NCBI RefSeq assembly: GCF_006345805.1
Contig: NC_043003.1
Location: 26,226,001-26,290,000, forward strand
Direction of reading: 5' to 3'
From: Octopus sinensis
Taxonomy: Eukaryota
Length of the DNA stretch: 64,000 nucleotides
Part shown: positions 40,219 through 52,780 of the stretch, piece after piece
Numbering within the stretch: position 1 is the stretch's first letter
Layout of the letters: every line of letters begins with the position of its first letter
The notes under the pieces: model-generated
The model's input: only the letters and a program-made list of their open reading frames with translations
What the model was told of the DNA's origin: nothing
The model's database searches: none
Position numbers and translations under genes: made by a program

Positions 40219-40475
40219 AAATCTTGCTTTATCTTGGGAGGGTCATTATGCAAACAATAATAAACACACATAATGATTCTATTTCACATTTTTTCTTATT
40301 GTTAACCAATTGGTTAATTATCTAACCAACAAACCAACCAGCCAACCAACCAACTAATTGATCATTTGTTTAATCTGTTGGTTAGATAACTAACCAACTG
40401 ACTAACAATAAAGAAGTGAGATTGAACCAGAGCATATATTTGCATAATGACCCTCCCAAGATACAAAACAATTTT
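40219..40475. repeat. Fold-back element (imperfect inverted repeat)
   Basis: Perfect 25-bp inverted pair 40230-40254 / 40439-40463 and a 36-bp pair with 4 mismatches 40296-40331 / 40376-40411. Confidence 0.85.
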
Positions 40476-40541
40476 ATGAATATGTATTTCATACATTTCA
40501 GCCCAAAGGCTATGGCCATGCTGGAGCATCACCAGCAACAG

Positions 40542-40900
40542 AACTTTGTAGTAAAGATTGTTTGCCAACATAACATGGCAGTCCTAGTTTAGGACTAATG
40601 TTACTGTAATTTAGCCCCAGGAGACATTGTCTCCAGCTGGCTATACAACACGATCTGTGTCCTTATATTTTCAAACAGGGGAATCTGTGCTGATGAATAG
40701 AAATTACCCAGAAATCGCGATACACAGATATTGTTTTGAGCTGAGTGGGGGTGCTAGATTCTCTTGTTCGAAAATATAAGGACACAGATCGTGTCGTATA
40801 GCCAGCTGGAGACGCTGTCTCCTGGGGCTAAATTACAGCAACATTAGTCCTAAACCAGGACTGCCATGTTATGTTGGCAAACAATCTTTACTACAAGGTT
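40542..40900. mobile_element. Fold-back element with ~145-bp inverted arms and a hammerhead motif in the spacer
   Basis: Arms 40542-40686 and 40756-40900 are near-perfect reverse complements. Confidence 0.9.
40683..40729 (+). ncRNA. Minimal type-I hammerhead ribozyme motif
   Basis: aucugug CUGAUGA auagaaauuaccca GAAA ucgcga UA cacagau: 7-bp stem I, intact core, palindromic stem III AUCGCGAU, AUA site; stem II poorly paired. Confidence 0.65.
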
Positions 40901-40914
40901 ATTAATGTCAGTGA

Positions 40915-41650
40915 AGGGGTAAACTGATTACATCAACCCCAGGGCCCGACTGAAAGGATGAAAGCAAAGTCGACTGCAGCAGAATTTGTACTCAGAACAA
41001 AGACAGACGAAATGCTTCTAAGCAGTTATAAGTTCCTACTATAGGGACAAAGTCTGAAATTTTGAGGGAGGAGGCTAGTTGATTACATCAACTCCAGTAC
41101 TTGATTGGTACTTATTCTGACCCTGAAAGAATGAGAAGCAAAACCAACCTTGGCAGAATTTGAACCCAGAATACAAAGACAGCTGAGCATTTTGTCCAGT
41201 ATGCTAATGATTCTGTCAGCTCACCACCTTAACAACAACAGTTTAAAGGTGGTGAGCTGACAGAAACGTTAGCATGCCGGGCGAAATGCTTACCGGTATT
41301 TCGTCTGCCGCTACGTTCTGAGTTCAAATTCCACCGAGGTCGACTTTGCCTTTTATCCTTTCGGGGTCGATAAAATAAGTACCAGTTATGCACTGGGGTT
41401 GATATAATCGACTTAATCTGTTTGTCTGTCCTTGTTTGTTCTCTCTGTGTTTAGCTCCTTTTGGGTAGTAAAGAAATAGGTATTTCTTCTGTCTTTACGT
41501 TCTGAGTTCAAATTCCGCCGAGGTCGACTTTGCCTTGCCTTTCATCCTCTCAGGGTCAATAAATTAAGTACTAGCTGTATACTGGGGTCGATCTAATTGA
41601 CTGGCCCCCTCTCCCAAAATTTCGGGCCTTGTGCTTAGATTAGAAAAGAA
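40915..41650. mobile_element. Family B SINE cluster: minus copies (40915-41230) head-to-head with a plus dimer (41247-41650)
   Basis: ttctgtcagctcaccacctt (41211-41230) and aaggtggtgagctgacagaa (41246-41265). Confidence 0.85.
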
Positions 41651-41932
41651 TAGTAATGGTTTCAAATTTTGCCACAAGGGCAGCAATTTCACCTGGTACT
41701 TTTTTTTATTGAACCCAAAGGGATGAAAGGTGAAGACGACCTCAGCAGAACAATAATAATAATGGCTTCAAATTTTGGCACAAGGCCATGATTGCAGGGG
41801 AGCAGGTAAGGTGAGTACACCAATCCTAGGCAGAATTTAAACTCAGCACATTGGGAAAATTGCTTAGCAGCATTTCATTCATCTTTACGGTCTAATGATT
41901 CAGCCAGCTCGCAACCTTATCAGTAACTGCTG

Positions 41933-42266
41933 CTGAGACCCTCTTCGGTCATGACTGACCGTGGGATTGCACCTAGAAAGTTACCCTCTCAGGCACATAT
42001 CCAGGCAAGGTTGTTTATGGAAGACCAACAGTCACCCTTGCATTCCGGCCTCCCCTCTACATGCCACCAGTGTTATCCAAGGCAACGGTCGATACAGCTT
42101 GACACCTGTCACGTCGCAACTCATTTCTACAGCTGAGTGAACTGGAGCAATGTGAAATAAAGTGTCTTGCTCAAGAACACAACACGCAGCCCAGTCTGGG
42201 ATTTGAACTCACAACCTCACGATCGTAAGCTCAAATGCTCTAACCACTGAGCCATGCGCCTTCACT
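41933..42266 (-). mobile_element. tRNA-derived SINE with CORE-like segment
   Basis: Minus: ggcgcatggctcagtggttagagc (A box)...gagttcaaatccc (B box)...gtgttcttgagcaagacacttt. Confidence 0.85.
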
Positions 42267-43109
42267 ATCAGTAATAAGTGAATAATAATAATGATAATAA
42301 TAATGTTCACTGCCCTTTGTTTCATCTGACACAGCGGAGCCAATGATATAGTGTTCAGTGCAGCCCACACAAAACACCAAACCCATATGGAACATAAAGG
42401 AGAAATATGTGCATTGCAAGACTTTTGTCCAGTTGCCAAGGAACAATATAAATGACACTTATTAAATATAGAAACATCAATCACACAGAGGAATATTTTT
42501 TTTTTTTTTATTTTCGTTCCTTTACTTTGGTTTTGCTTCTTGCTTTGCAATTTCCGTTACATGGTCCACAAGATTTTACATTTGATTCTTTTTAATTATT
42601 CCTTCTAACAGTGAGTTTTATTCATTTATTTTTTTTCTTTTTTCTTTTTGTTCTATTCTTCTTTTATGTTTTGTTTTTGCTCCTCCTTTACTCTTTCACT
42701 TTCTATATCACACAATTTAATGTCTAATTCTAGCTTTTTTTTTTTTCTATTAAGAACCTCACTACACAAAAAATAAAATATTAAAAATACAAAATTGACA
42801 TTAAAAGAAAGTTTCACACACACACACAAACACACTCACACACATTTATTTAATTCAATAGTGAACATATCAGAAAGTTAGAGTGAGCCAAGAATTGGCT
42901 TAGAACCAACCCTTAGCAGAATGGAATATTTTACTGAAAGGTGATTGGCATCCAAATCCTAAAGATGTGTATGCACGTGCATGCCATGCTAACCTAGACA
43001 CACACACACATGTGTGAGAGCACGTGCCTGCGTGCATGGTGATTTCAGTAAAATTCAATACCCTATGTTTCACATGTTTTATAACACATCTCTCAGTGAC
43101 TCAGACTAA

Positions 43110-43135
43110 TAAATATACACACATATATACATGTG

Positions 43136-43172
<37 letters not shown>

Positions 43173-43265
43173 ATATATAGATACAAATATATATATACAT
43201 ACACACATATATATACATACATACACACATACATACATACACACATACATACATACACACATATA

Positions 43266-43301
<36 letters not shown>

Positions 43302-43385
43302 TATATACATACATATATATATAATACAGCGACACACCTAAGTGTGTGTTTATATGCATGTGTATATTACATACATACATATGTC
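43110..43385. repeat. (TA)/(TACA) microsatellite
   Basis: Seen directly. Confidence 0.95.
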
Positions 43386-43844
43386 AATTGAAAATTTACA
43401 ATGGCACTGTAATATATGACATAGATATTTCATAAATGAAAATGCGCATTAGCATACTTACGAAGTGTGAGTTAGCAAACATATATTGAGTGCGCGCACG
43501 TGTGTGTTAGTTATACATACAAAATGCATGTTACGTATGTACGCAGTGCATGTTAGCATGCACACAATGCACATGCTAGCGTATGTATGAAAGCCAAGTT
43601 AACATATGCGAAGATTGTGTTAGCATATATAGGAAGCATGTATGAGCGAATAGCAAAAGACATTTTTTTTCCCAATGACTGAGAAAACCCACGCATGTGT
43701 ATGAGCGGGGGAGAGGGGTTGTGTGTGTATTGACTGAATCTACAAACTTACATCATATATAATTTTCACTTCAATTTGTATATAACATTTACATGTACAG
43801 AGTCAGAGCTAATTTGTATGTAGTATGCATATAAACATCAAATT

Positions 43845-43895
<51 letters not shown>

Positions 43896-43901
43896 TACAT
43901 A

Positions 43902-44117
43902 TGAGGGGGTGCTGAAAAGTTCCTGGCTTTAAGGGTATTGTGAAAGGTCTGGTTGGGGGCCCAACCTTCCAAGTTCTTTTACAGGGCTTAGTAAAAATGA
44001 AGGACTACAGCAATAATTGTGTGCATCTGAGAGGGGAATATGTTGAATAAAATCATAATTAACTGATCCCCCTGTATATTCTTTTGCCCAAACCAGGAAC
44101 TTTTCAGCACCCACTTG
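43902..44117 (+). mobile_element. Mariner-derived MITE
   Basis: TIRs gagggggtgctgaaaagttcctgg / ccaggaacttttcagcacccact; interior ...LRGEYVE* transposase end. Confidence 0.85.
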
Positions 44118-44123
44118 TGTATG

Positions 44124-44157
<34 letters not shown>

Positions 44158-44222
44158 TTAAGAGTTCATATGTTCACAAAAGAAGCATGCTATAGAACTT
44201 TAGAGTAGAAATATTTAGGAGG

Positions 44223-44410
44223 TTGTTATTGCCAGTCTGAAAGTGACTTTTAGTTTTACACTTATAAAACTCTTAGTTGTATAGGCAACTTGTCTCAAAT
44301 GGCTGGAGGCACATAACTTCTCTACAATGTAGTGTGTGCCTCCGGTCATTTGAGTCCAATGAGCTTTATAGGTGTAAAATCAATGGCCGTTCTCAGACTG
44401 GCTATAACAA
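44223..44410 (+). repeat. Long segmented hairpin inside a (TA)n-flanked insert
   Basis: Three nested stems of 18-20 bp (see findings). Confidence 0.8.
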
Positions 44411-44434
44411 ACAACTTTATATATACACACACAG

Positions 44435-44815
44435 AGGAATGGCTGTGTGTAAGAAGCTTGCTTCCCAAACATGAAGTTTTAGGTTCAGTCTCACTGTGTG
44501 GCACCATGGGCAAATATATTCTACAATACCCTCAGGCCAACCAGAGCCTGGTGAGTGGATTTGGTAGATGGAAACTGAAAGAAACCCTTTACATGTGTGT
44601 ATGTGTATATGTGTGTGTTACAATTGTTTCCACCACCACTTGTCACCCAATGCTGGTTTGTTTACGGTCCCCGTAACTCAGTGGTTTGCCCAAAGAGACC
44701 AATAGAATGAGTACCAGACTTAAGAGAATTGGGGTTGATTTGTTTGGCAAAGCCTTCAAGGTGTTCTTCCAGCATGGCCACAGTACAGCAATTGCAACAC
44801 AAAAAGAGAAAGAGA
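44435..44815 (+). mobile_element. SINE family A
   Basis: Full-length match. Confidence 0.85.
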
Positions 44816-45242
44816 GAGATGAGGTGATATTTTCTTCTTGTGAGAGCTGTTAGGGAATCAGGTTAGTTATTCAGGGATCATGGATGGATTCACATTCCCT
44901 CTCTGTGACCCAAGAAAGACAACTGCATTAACATTAATTGGCTCCACCAAACCATAAACAGGTACAAAGAGGAAATATATATTCTACAGTTGTAACTAGT
45001 TAAGGCAGTGTTTGTGTGTGCATGCACATATTTAAGTACTTCTTTAAAGTGCTGGTTTCAAGTCTTTCCCCATCGGTCACTAAAAAGAAATAATAATGAT
45101 AATAATGATGATGATGATGATGATAAACTCATTGTGATTATCTAAGACATGCTAAACGTGGTGCCTTGAATAATTCCTCTCAGAATTATGGAAATAATCA
45201 ATCAATCAATTGCTGAAGTGCTACCAAAAAATTGCAATGCAC

Positions 45243-45243
<1 letters not shown>

Positions 45244-45321
<78 letters not shown>
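45244..45321. repeat. (AG)n microsatellite
   Basis: Seen directly. Confidence 0.95.
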
Positions 45322-45322
<1 letters not shown>

Positions 45323-46190
45323 AACATTGTAAAGGTTTACATCATAATCAGCCAGAGATTGTTTTTGTTTTTTTTTTTTATCTATTTTATTTCCATTTAT
45401 TTTTTCACCCTTTTTATTTTTATTTATTTATTTATTTATTTTGGCAACATACATACAAATTGGCATTATAGATATCAGATCTCATTCAATTACCTAAGCT
45501 AAACCAATTCCAACATTTGGTCAATATTCTGATGAATGATTCTAAGCGAAATTTCTCAGTCAGCATGAACCAGTTAAGTGTTAAAACAGAATTTATTTAC
45601 CCATTTTTAAAAAAATTCTTTCTTCCTTTTTTTTTGTTCATTTTACCCTCATACAGTCATAAACCTATAATTCCTATAATTATGTCACACTGTGTCATGA
45701 TGCAAATCCAATCAGATTTTTCATACCATTTTATGGATCATGAATGGTGTTTTCCTATTCTACGCAGAACTGTAAAACATTCTACAATGTGCCAATGATG
45801 TAAATTCGATCGTACATTTTTTCATACTATTCAGGAGGCATAACCTTTTCAAGATCATATTTTCAATGAAGAACACAACTCGTTTCTTGGTTTATTTTGA
45901 AAATAATCAAGAATTTGTAAAGAATTTAGTAAAATAACTTACACTGGAATCTATCCTTTGCTTGTTTCAGTCATTAGACTGTGGCCATGCTAGAGAACCA
46001 CCTCGAATAATTATATTCAAATGAATTGACCCCAGTAATTTTTTTATTCTTAAAGCCTGGTACTTATTCTATCAGTCTCTTATGCTGAACAGCTAAGTTA
46101 TGGGAGATGTAAAGACACCAACACTGGTTGTCAAATGGTGGTGGGTGGACAAACACAGACATATATAGACACACACACACACACACACAC

Positions 46191-47065
46191 GAAGACTTCT
46201 TTCAGCTTCTGTCTACCAAATCAACTCACAAGGCTTTGGTCAGCTTGAGACTCTGGTAGAAGACACTTGGCTAAGGTGCCACACAGTGGGACTGAAACCA
46301 GAACCATGTAGTTGAGAAGCAAGCTTCTTACCACACAGCCATGCCTGTGCCTATGTGTGTGTATATATATGATGTAGGTAGGGAAAAATCCAAGATGTGT
46401 CCTACTGAAGCACATTTACTTATTCTAGTATGAGAATCTAGTATGTATTAATCAATTGTCTGAAGAATTTCTAACAGGAAATTTCTTACATGTTTATCCA
46501 ACATGTACAATTTTGGGATTCCTATTAGCAAATGAAACATGTGTAATGGTGTATAAATAATAATCCTTCAATCCTTAAAAATGTTTTAGCCCGAAGGCCG
46601 CGGCCATGCTGAGGCACCACTGCTGGATACCAAAAGATTTTCCAGATTCCTGTATTGTTTATATATATATATTGTTTCAGTCATTATGTTGTGGCCATTC
46701 TGGGGCACTGCCTTGAAGGGTTTAGTTAAACAAGTTGACTTCAGTACTTATTAAGCCTGATACTTTGGCAAAAGGAGTCTTGATCTATTGCCAAACTACT
46801 AAGTTCTGGGAAGGGGGGATGTAAACAAACCAACACTGGTTGTCAAGCTGTCGTGTCAGACAAACACACACACACACACCACACACACACACACGAAGAC
46901 TTCTTTCAGCTTCTGTCTACCAAATCAACTCACAAGGCTTTGGTCAGCTTGAGACTCTGGTAGAAGACACTTGGCTAAGGTGCCACACAGTGGGACTGAA
47001 ACCAGAACCATGTAGTTGAGAAGCAAGCTTCTTACCACACAGCCATGCCTGTGCCTATGTGTATA

Positions 47066-47108
<43 letters not shown>

Positions 47109-47612
47109 ATATATATGATGTAGGTAGAGAAAAATCCAAGATGTGTCCTACTGAAGCACATTTACTTATTCTAGTATGAGAATCTAGTATGTATTAATCA
47201 ATTGTCTGAAGAATTTCTAACAGGAAATTTCTTACATGTTTATCCAACATGTACAATTTTGGGATTCCTATTAGCAAATGAAACATGTGTAATGGTGTAT
47301 AAATAATAATCCTTCAATCCTTAAAAATGTTTTAGCCCGAAGGCCGCGGCCATGCTGAGGCACCACTGCTGGATACCAAAAGATTTTCCAGATTCCTGTA
47401 TTGTTTATATATATATATTGTTTCAGTCATTATGTTGTGGCCATTCTGGGGCACTGCCTTGAAGGGTTTAGTTAAACAAGTTGACTTCAGTACTTATTAA
47501 GCCTGATACTTTGGCAAAAGGAGTCTTGATCTATTGCCAAACTACTAAGTTCTGGGAAGGGGGGATGTAAACAAACCAACACTGGTTGTCAAGCTGTCGT
47601 GTCAGACAAACA
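46191..47612. repeat. Near-identical tandem duplication (46191-46866 and 46895-47612)
   Basis: Offset 704 bp, then 746 bp after a longer (TA)n tract; breakpoints fall in the (CA)n tracts of family A SINEs. Confidence 0.95.
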
Positions 47613-49135
47613 CACACACACACACACACACATTATACACATGACAAGCTTCTTTCAAATTCTGTCTATAAAATCCACTTGCTAGGAACAGGTTGGCCTA
47701 GGGTTATAATAGAAAACATTTGTCCAGGTGGAATGCAGTGGGACTGAACCCAAAACTATGTGGTTGGGAAGCTAGCTTCTAACCAAACAACCATACTTGT
47801 GCCCGTGTGTGTGTATATCTATCTATATATAAGGTATATTGACATATATTAAGTAGGTTTTAACCCACATGCAGATGCAAAATTAATGCTATTTCATAAT
47901 GTCCGTATGACCTTACACATTTTATTGCTGCTCTTATACCATTTAGTAGAGCATTGTTTATCTTCATACGAGTATCAATAATGTCTTCCCAGAATGAGCC
48001 TAAACCATTCCAGATCTAACAGAACAGTACTGGGAAAACGCTTGTTTTCATTTTGTTTTCCCTCCTTTCAGAATTAAATTTAAAAAAGAATTTTTCTTTT
48101 AATATCCAAAAAATTCCAATTTAGAAATAATCATGGAAATAATAGCTTTGTGACAGAGTCCACTCCCATACCCCTTCATCTCCCCCCACCCCCGCAAAAA
48201 AAAAACACCTTCAAATGAATAGAGTGTTTGTTTTTTGGAGGGGGAGGGTTGCGTACATGTTTAGTTGAGGGGAAAAAAATTAAAAAGAAAATTTAACTAA
48301 AAGCTAACAATGAATAAATAATGGAAGAAGAAAATTAAAAAGGAAAAAAAATTATCAGCAGTTCTTTTAACAAGAAACCGTTACCATGAGATGTCATAGT
48401 AGAAGGGCCTAGAATTTAGCTATTGTTCAATTGTACTAATTATTGATTTCTCAATAAGGTAATAAAAAAAAAAAAAAAAAAAAAATCATAAAAAAAAATA
48501 TTCAAAACAAAAACAACAAACAAATGTTGCAACAGGCTGACAATGGAACCATTCTTCAGTTGGAGTGGCATTGATTTCTCATTGAAGAAAGTGTGATGAT
48601 CTGATAGGAACTGTTACTTTCTGAGGACTGATGGTGGTAGTAGTAGTCACGATGATGGTGGTATTGTTGATCATGACGATGATAATGTTGCTAACGAAGG
48701 TTGCTGTGATGGTGAAAGCAGTTTCCATCATGCTGTTGGTTGTGGCGGTGACCAGCAGGGCGCTAGCTGAATGACAAACCAGTATGTTGGTGAAGACAGT
48801 TATTGGTGATGGTGGTAGTGATGATGGCAATGGCAGAGGTGGTGATGATTATAATAATGGTGATAATGCTGGTAATGGTAGTGATTGGTGATGATAATGA
48901 CGTTACATCACAACAAATTTAATCATAAGACTTCTTAAGATCAGAGTTGATGTGGGAGCTCAATAACAACAACAGAAACCAACAATACCAAGAAGATTGT
49001 AGTTCTTGATATTGCTGGTCTACAATGTAGCTATAGATATCATGTATAAAAAGACAGGATGGTCTTTGTTGGAATACCTTTGATTATAAGACAGTTTGAT
49101 CAAGGCTGATTTGGAGGTTAAACAACAACATACAC

Positions 49136-49200
<65 letters not shown>

Positions 49201-49414
49201 TATGGTTAAGATGTTCCCTTCACAATTGCATTATTTAGGTTCAATCTCATTGCATGACAACTCGAGGAAATGTCTTCCACTACAGCCTTAGGTTGACCAA
49301 TGCCTTGTGAATGAAATTTGGTAGACAAAAACTGTACAAAAGCCTGTCATATATGTGTGCCTGTCTACTTGTCTATATATGTGTATGTATATGTGTGTAT
49401 ATACATGCACATTT

Positions 49415-49587
49415 GCCATGTTGAATCACTGAACTCAACACATTTTGTTTCATTCTATCTCCTTTATTCCTTTCAGTTGAAGAGCGTAGGCTTGAAATGT
49501 AAAAGACTTCCATTTTTCCCAAGTGTAAAACTAATACACTCGCTTGTTGTTCCTACACTTGTCTTCATCTGTTTTTCTATAAATTTG

Positions 49588-49590
<3 letters not shown>
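49415..49590 (+). mobile_element. (TA)n-inserted element with a degenerate hammerhead-like motif
   Basis: cttt cagttga a gagc gtag gctt gaaa tgt a aaag at 49470-49505; a related 3' part occurs at ~21970-22075. Confidence 0.45.
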
Positions 49591-49626
<36 letters not shown>

Positions 49627-50219
49627 GCAGGTGTGGCTCTGTGTTTAAGAAGTTTGTCTCCCAACCATAGTCTTCTACTGTGGCTTCAGGATGATAATGG
49701 CCTGGTGAGTGGATTTGGCAGACAGAAACTGAAAGTAGCCTTTTCTAGTAGGTGCATGTGCACATGTTTGAATTTGTATATATTTGTGTTTCGTTTGATA
49801 GCTGCAAATGAGTGTCACTGTTGTTCATTTCAAATATTCTTGGGAAATGTGTCAGGCCATGGGGAAATATTAACTTGCTCAGAAACAGGTGAGGATTAGC
49901 AACAAGAAGGGCATCCAGCCATAGAAGAATCTGCTTCTATAAACTGACCCATGCTAGCATGAAAAAGTGGACATTAAAATGATGATGATGTGTATGCATG
50001 TGCATATGTCTGTGTCTCTATGTGCCTCCACACTGACACTGCTTGGATAATGGTAGCATTTGTTTAAGTTCCCACTTAATGTCCCACTGTTTTGATGCTT
50101 GAAGATAGGTAACACAAAATACTTGAAAACAAAGGTTAGCTTCAGGAAGGGCATCTGGCCATGGACTACTACCCTGAGATGTTTTCTCTAAATAAATCCA
50201 GGATATATAATTGCCAGAG

Positions 50220-50600
50220 CAGCTTACTGGCTTCCGTGCCAGTGGCACGTAAAAAGCACCATTCGAGCATGATTGTTACCAGCGTCGCCTTACTGGCACT
50301 TGTGCCAGTGGAACGTGAAAAAACATTCGAGCGAGGTCCTTGCCAGTGCCGCTAGACTGGCTCCTGTGCAGTTGGCACATAAAAAACACCATTTGAGCAT
50401 GGCCATTGCCAGTACTGCCTGACTGGCACGTAAAAGCACCCACTACACTCTCAGAGTGGTTGGTGTTAGGAAGGGCATCCAGCTGGAGAAACTCTGCCAG
50501 ATCAAGATTGGAGCCTGGTGCAGCCATCTGGCTTGCCAGTCCTCAAACAAATCGTCCAACCCATGCTAGCATGGAGAGCGGGCGTTAAACGATGATGATG
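50220..50600 (+). mobile_element. Family C element (4 internal units)
   Basis: Repeated ggcacgtaaaaagcacc; (GAT)n tail. Confidence 0.85.
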
Positions 50601-51074
50601 AAAATATAAGAAGAACAGATGTAAAAATAACGATCATAGGTGAAATGCTTAGCAGCATTTTGTCCATCTTTACATTCTGAGTTCAAATTCATCCTTCTGG
50701 GGTTGATAAAATAAGTACCAGTTGAGCACTGGTGTCGATGTAATTGACTAATACCCTCCCACAAAATTTCAGGCCTTATGCCTATAGTAGAAAGGATTAT
50801 TGTCAAATCTAATGACTAAGAGGAAAATTGAAATGACAGAAGAGTAGTTTGCTTTGATAGTATATGAGATATACTTTTTTCAAAAACTGAAATTAGCAGT
50901 ACTAATTTTGGTAGCATTGAGAAAATTTTTTATTGATATCTGAAGAATGACTCTCCAGAGGGGAATTTGAAGTAAACGGAAAGTAGTAAAATTTAGCAAT
51001 ACATTTATTTTATTGGATGTTAGGTTCCTCTTTTTTTTTTTTTTTAATGCTAGTTATAAAATACAAACAGGCAG

Positions 51075-51600
51075 CACATACAAAAAGACACACTCACACA
51101 CTTACCAAGGAACACACACAAACACAAAGAAACACACACACACACACACGCAAAGAAAGACACATACACACACAAAGAAAAACACATACACACACAAAGA
51201 AAGACACATACACACACACAAAGAAAGACACATACACACACACAAAGAAAGACACATACACACACAAAGAAAGACACATACACACACAAAGAAAGACACA
51301 TACACACACAAAGAAAGACATACACACACAAAGAAAGACATACACACACAAAGAAAGACATACACACACAAAGAAAGACACATACACACACAAAGAACGA
51401 CACATACACACACACACAGACACACAAACACAAAGATACATACACACATTTACACAAAGACATGCACACACACCCACACAAAGATACATACACACACACA
51501 CACACCCATAGAGAAAGAGAGACACACACACTCAGAGATATACATTTACACACACACACACCCACACAGAAAGACACACGCATTCACACAAAAGGATACA
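51075..51600. repeat. Minisatellite (CACACAAAGAAAGACACATA)n, 20-24-bp units
   Basis: Seen directly; source of six spurious ORFs. Confidence 0.95.
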
Positions 51601-51889
51601 TAGACAGAAACAATTGCACAGTGAAAATACTGGAACATTCTAGAAATGTGCAGTAACAATTATTGATACAGTTGTGTTTGTGAAATGACTGCTGACAGAG
51701 TAAGGACATGATGCAACAATAAAGAAACCATTAGATGAGTCTCCACACTTTCATCTCATAGTCAGCAGTTTTGAAGCCTTTACCAATTCTATGCACCTAG
51801 AATACATAATGCATATAATTAATTCAGTGTCAATTATATGCTCATTAGCATATGTCCAAGTGAAATCAAAGTTTTTAACTCATCATTTG

Positions 51890-52685
51890 TTTTTATTTCG
51901 TTTCAGACATAAGGCTGCGACCATGTTGGGGCACCACTTTGAAGAATTTCAGTCAGACTAATCAGCCCCAGTATTGATTTTCTTTTTTTAAGCTTGGTAC
52001 TTGTTCTATTGACCTCTTTTGCTGAATGCTATGTTTTAGAGATGGATACACACCAATACCAGCTGTCACGCAGTGGTGGAGGACAAACACACACACACAC
52101 ACACATACATATGTAGGTGGTGGTGTCATGTAACTTGCAGGTGGTGGTGTCATAACTTGCACCCATGCCGGTGTCACATAAAAAGAATCTTTTGAGTTTT
52201 GGGCCTCAAGAAAGCACAGTGGCACATGAAAAGCACATTTTGAGTGTTGGGCCTCGCGGAGGCAATGACAAATGACCAAGACCTTTGGCATTATGCCGTG
52301 CTTAAGAAGAAGACCCATCAAACCGAGTAAAATCACAGTCATGGCAGATATTGATGTCACACAATAAAAGCGTCGATTACACTCATGGAGTGGTTGGCAT
52401 TAGGAAGGGCATCCATGCCAAAAGACTGGAGTCTGGTGCAGCCTTCCAGCTTGCCAGTCCTGGTCAAACCATCCAACCCATGCCAGCATGGATAATGGAT
52501 GTTAAATGATGATACATAAGATGGGCTTCTTTCAGCTTCCATCTGCCAAATCCACTCAAAAGACTTTGGTCGACCTGAGGCTATAGTAGAAGACACTTGC
52601 ATTAAGTGCCATGCAGTGAGAGTGAACCTAGAATCATGTAGCTGGGAAGCAAACTTCTTACCACACAGCCACACCTGCACCTGTG
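51890..52685 (-). mobile_element. SINE family A with a family C element (52110-52515, +) inserted in its (CA)n tract
   Basis: The A halves flank a C copy ending gttaaatgatgat. Confidence 0.8.
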
Positions 52686-52710
52686 TGTGTGTTAGTGTGT
52701 GTATATATAT

Positions 52711-52780
<70 letters not shown>

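Noticed and set aside
42190-42266. tRNA-like sequence (also at 16233, 31793, 59470)
   Set aside because: A/B boxes are present but there is no complete cloverleaf; each continues into a SINE body.
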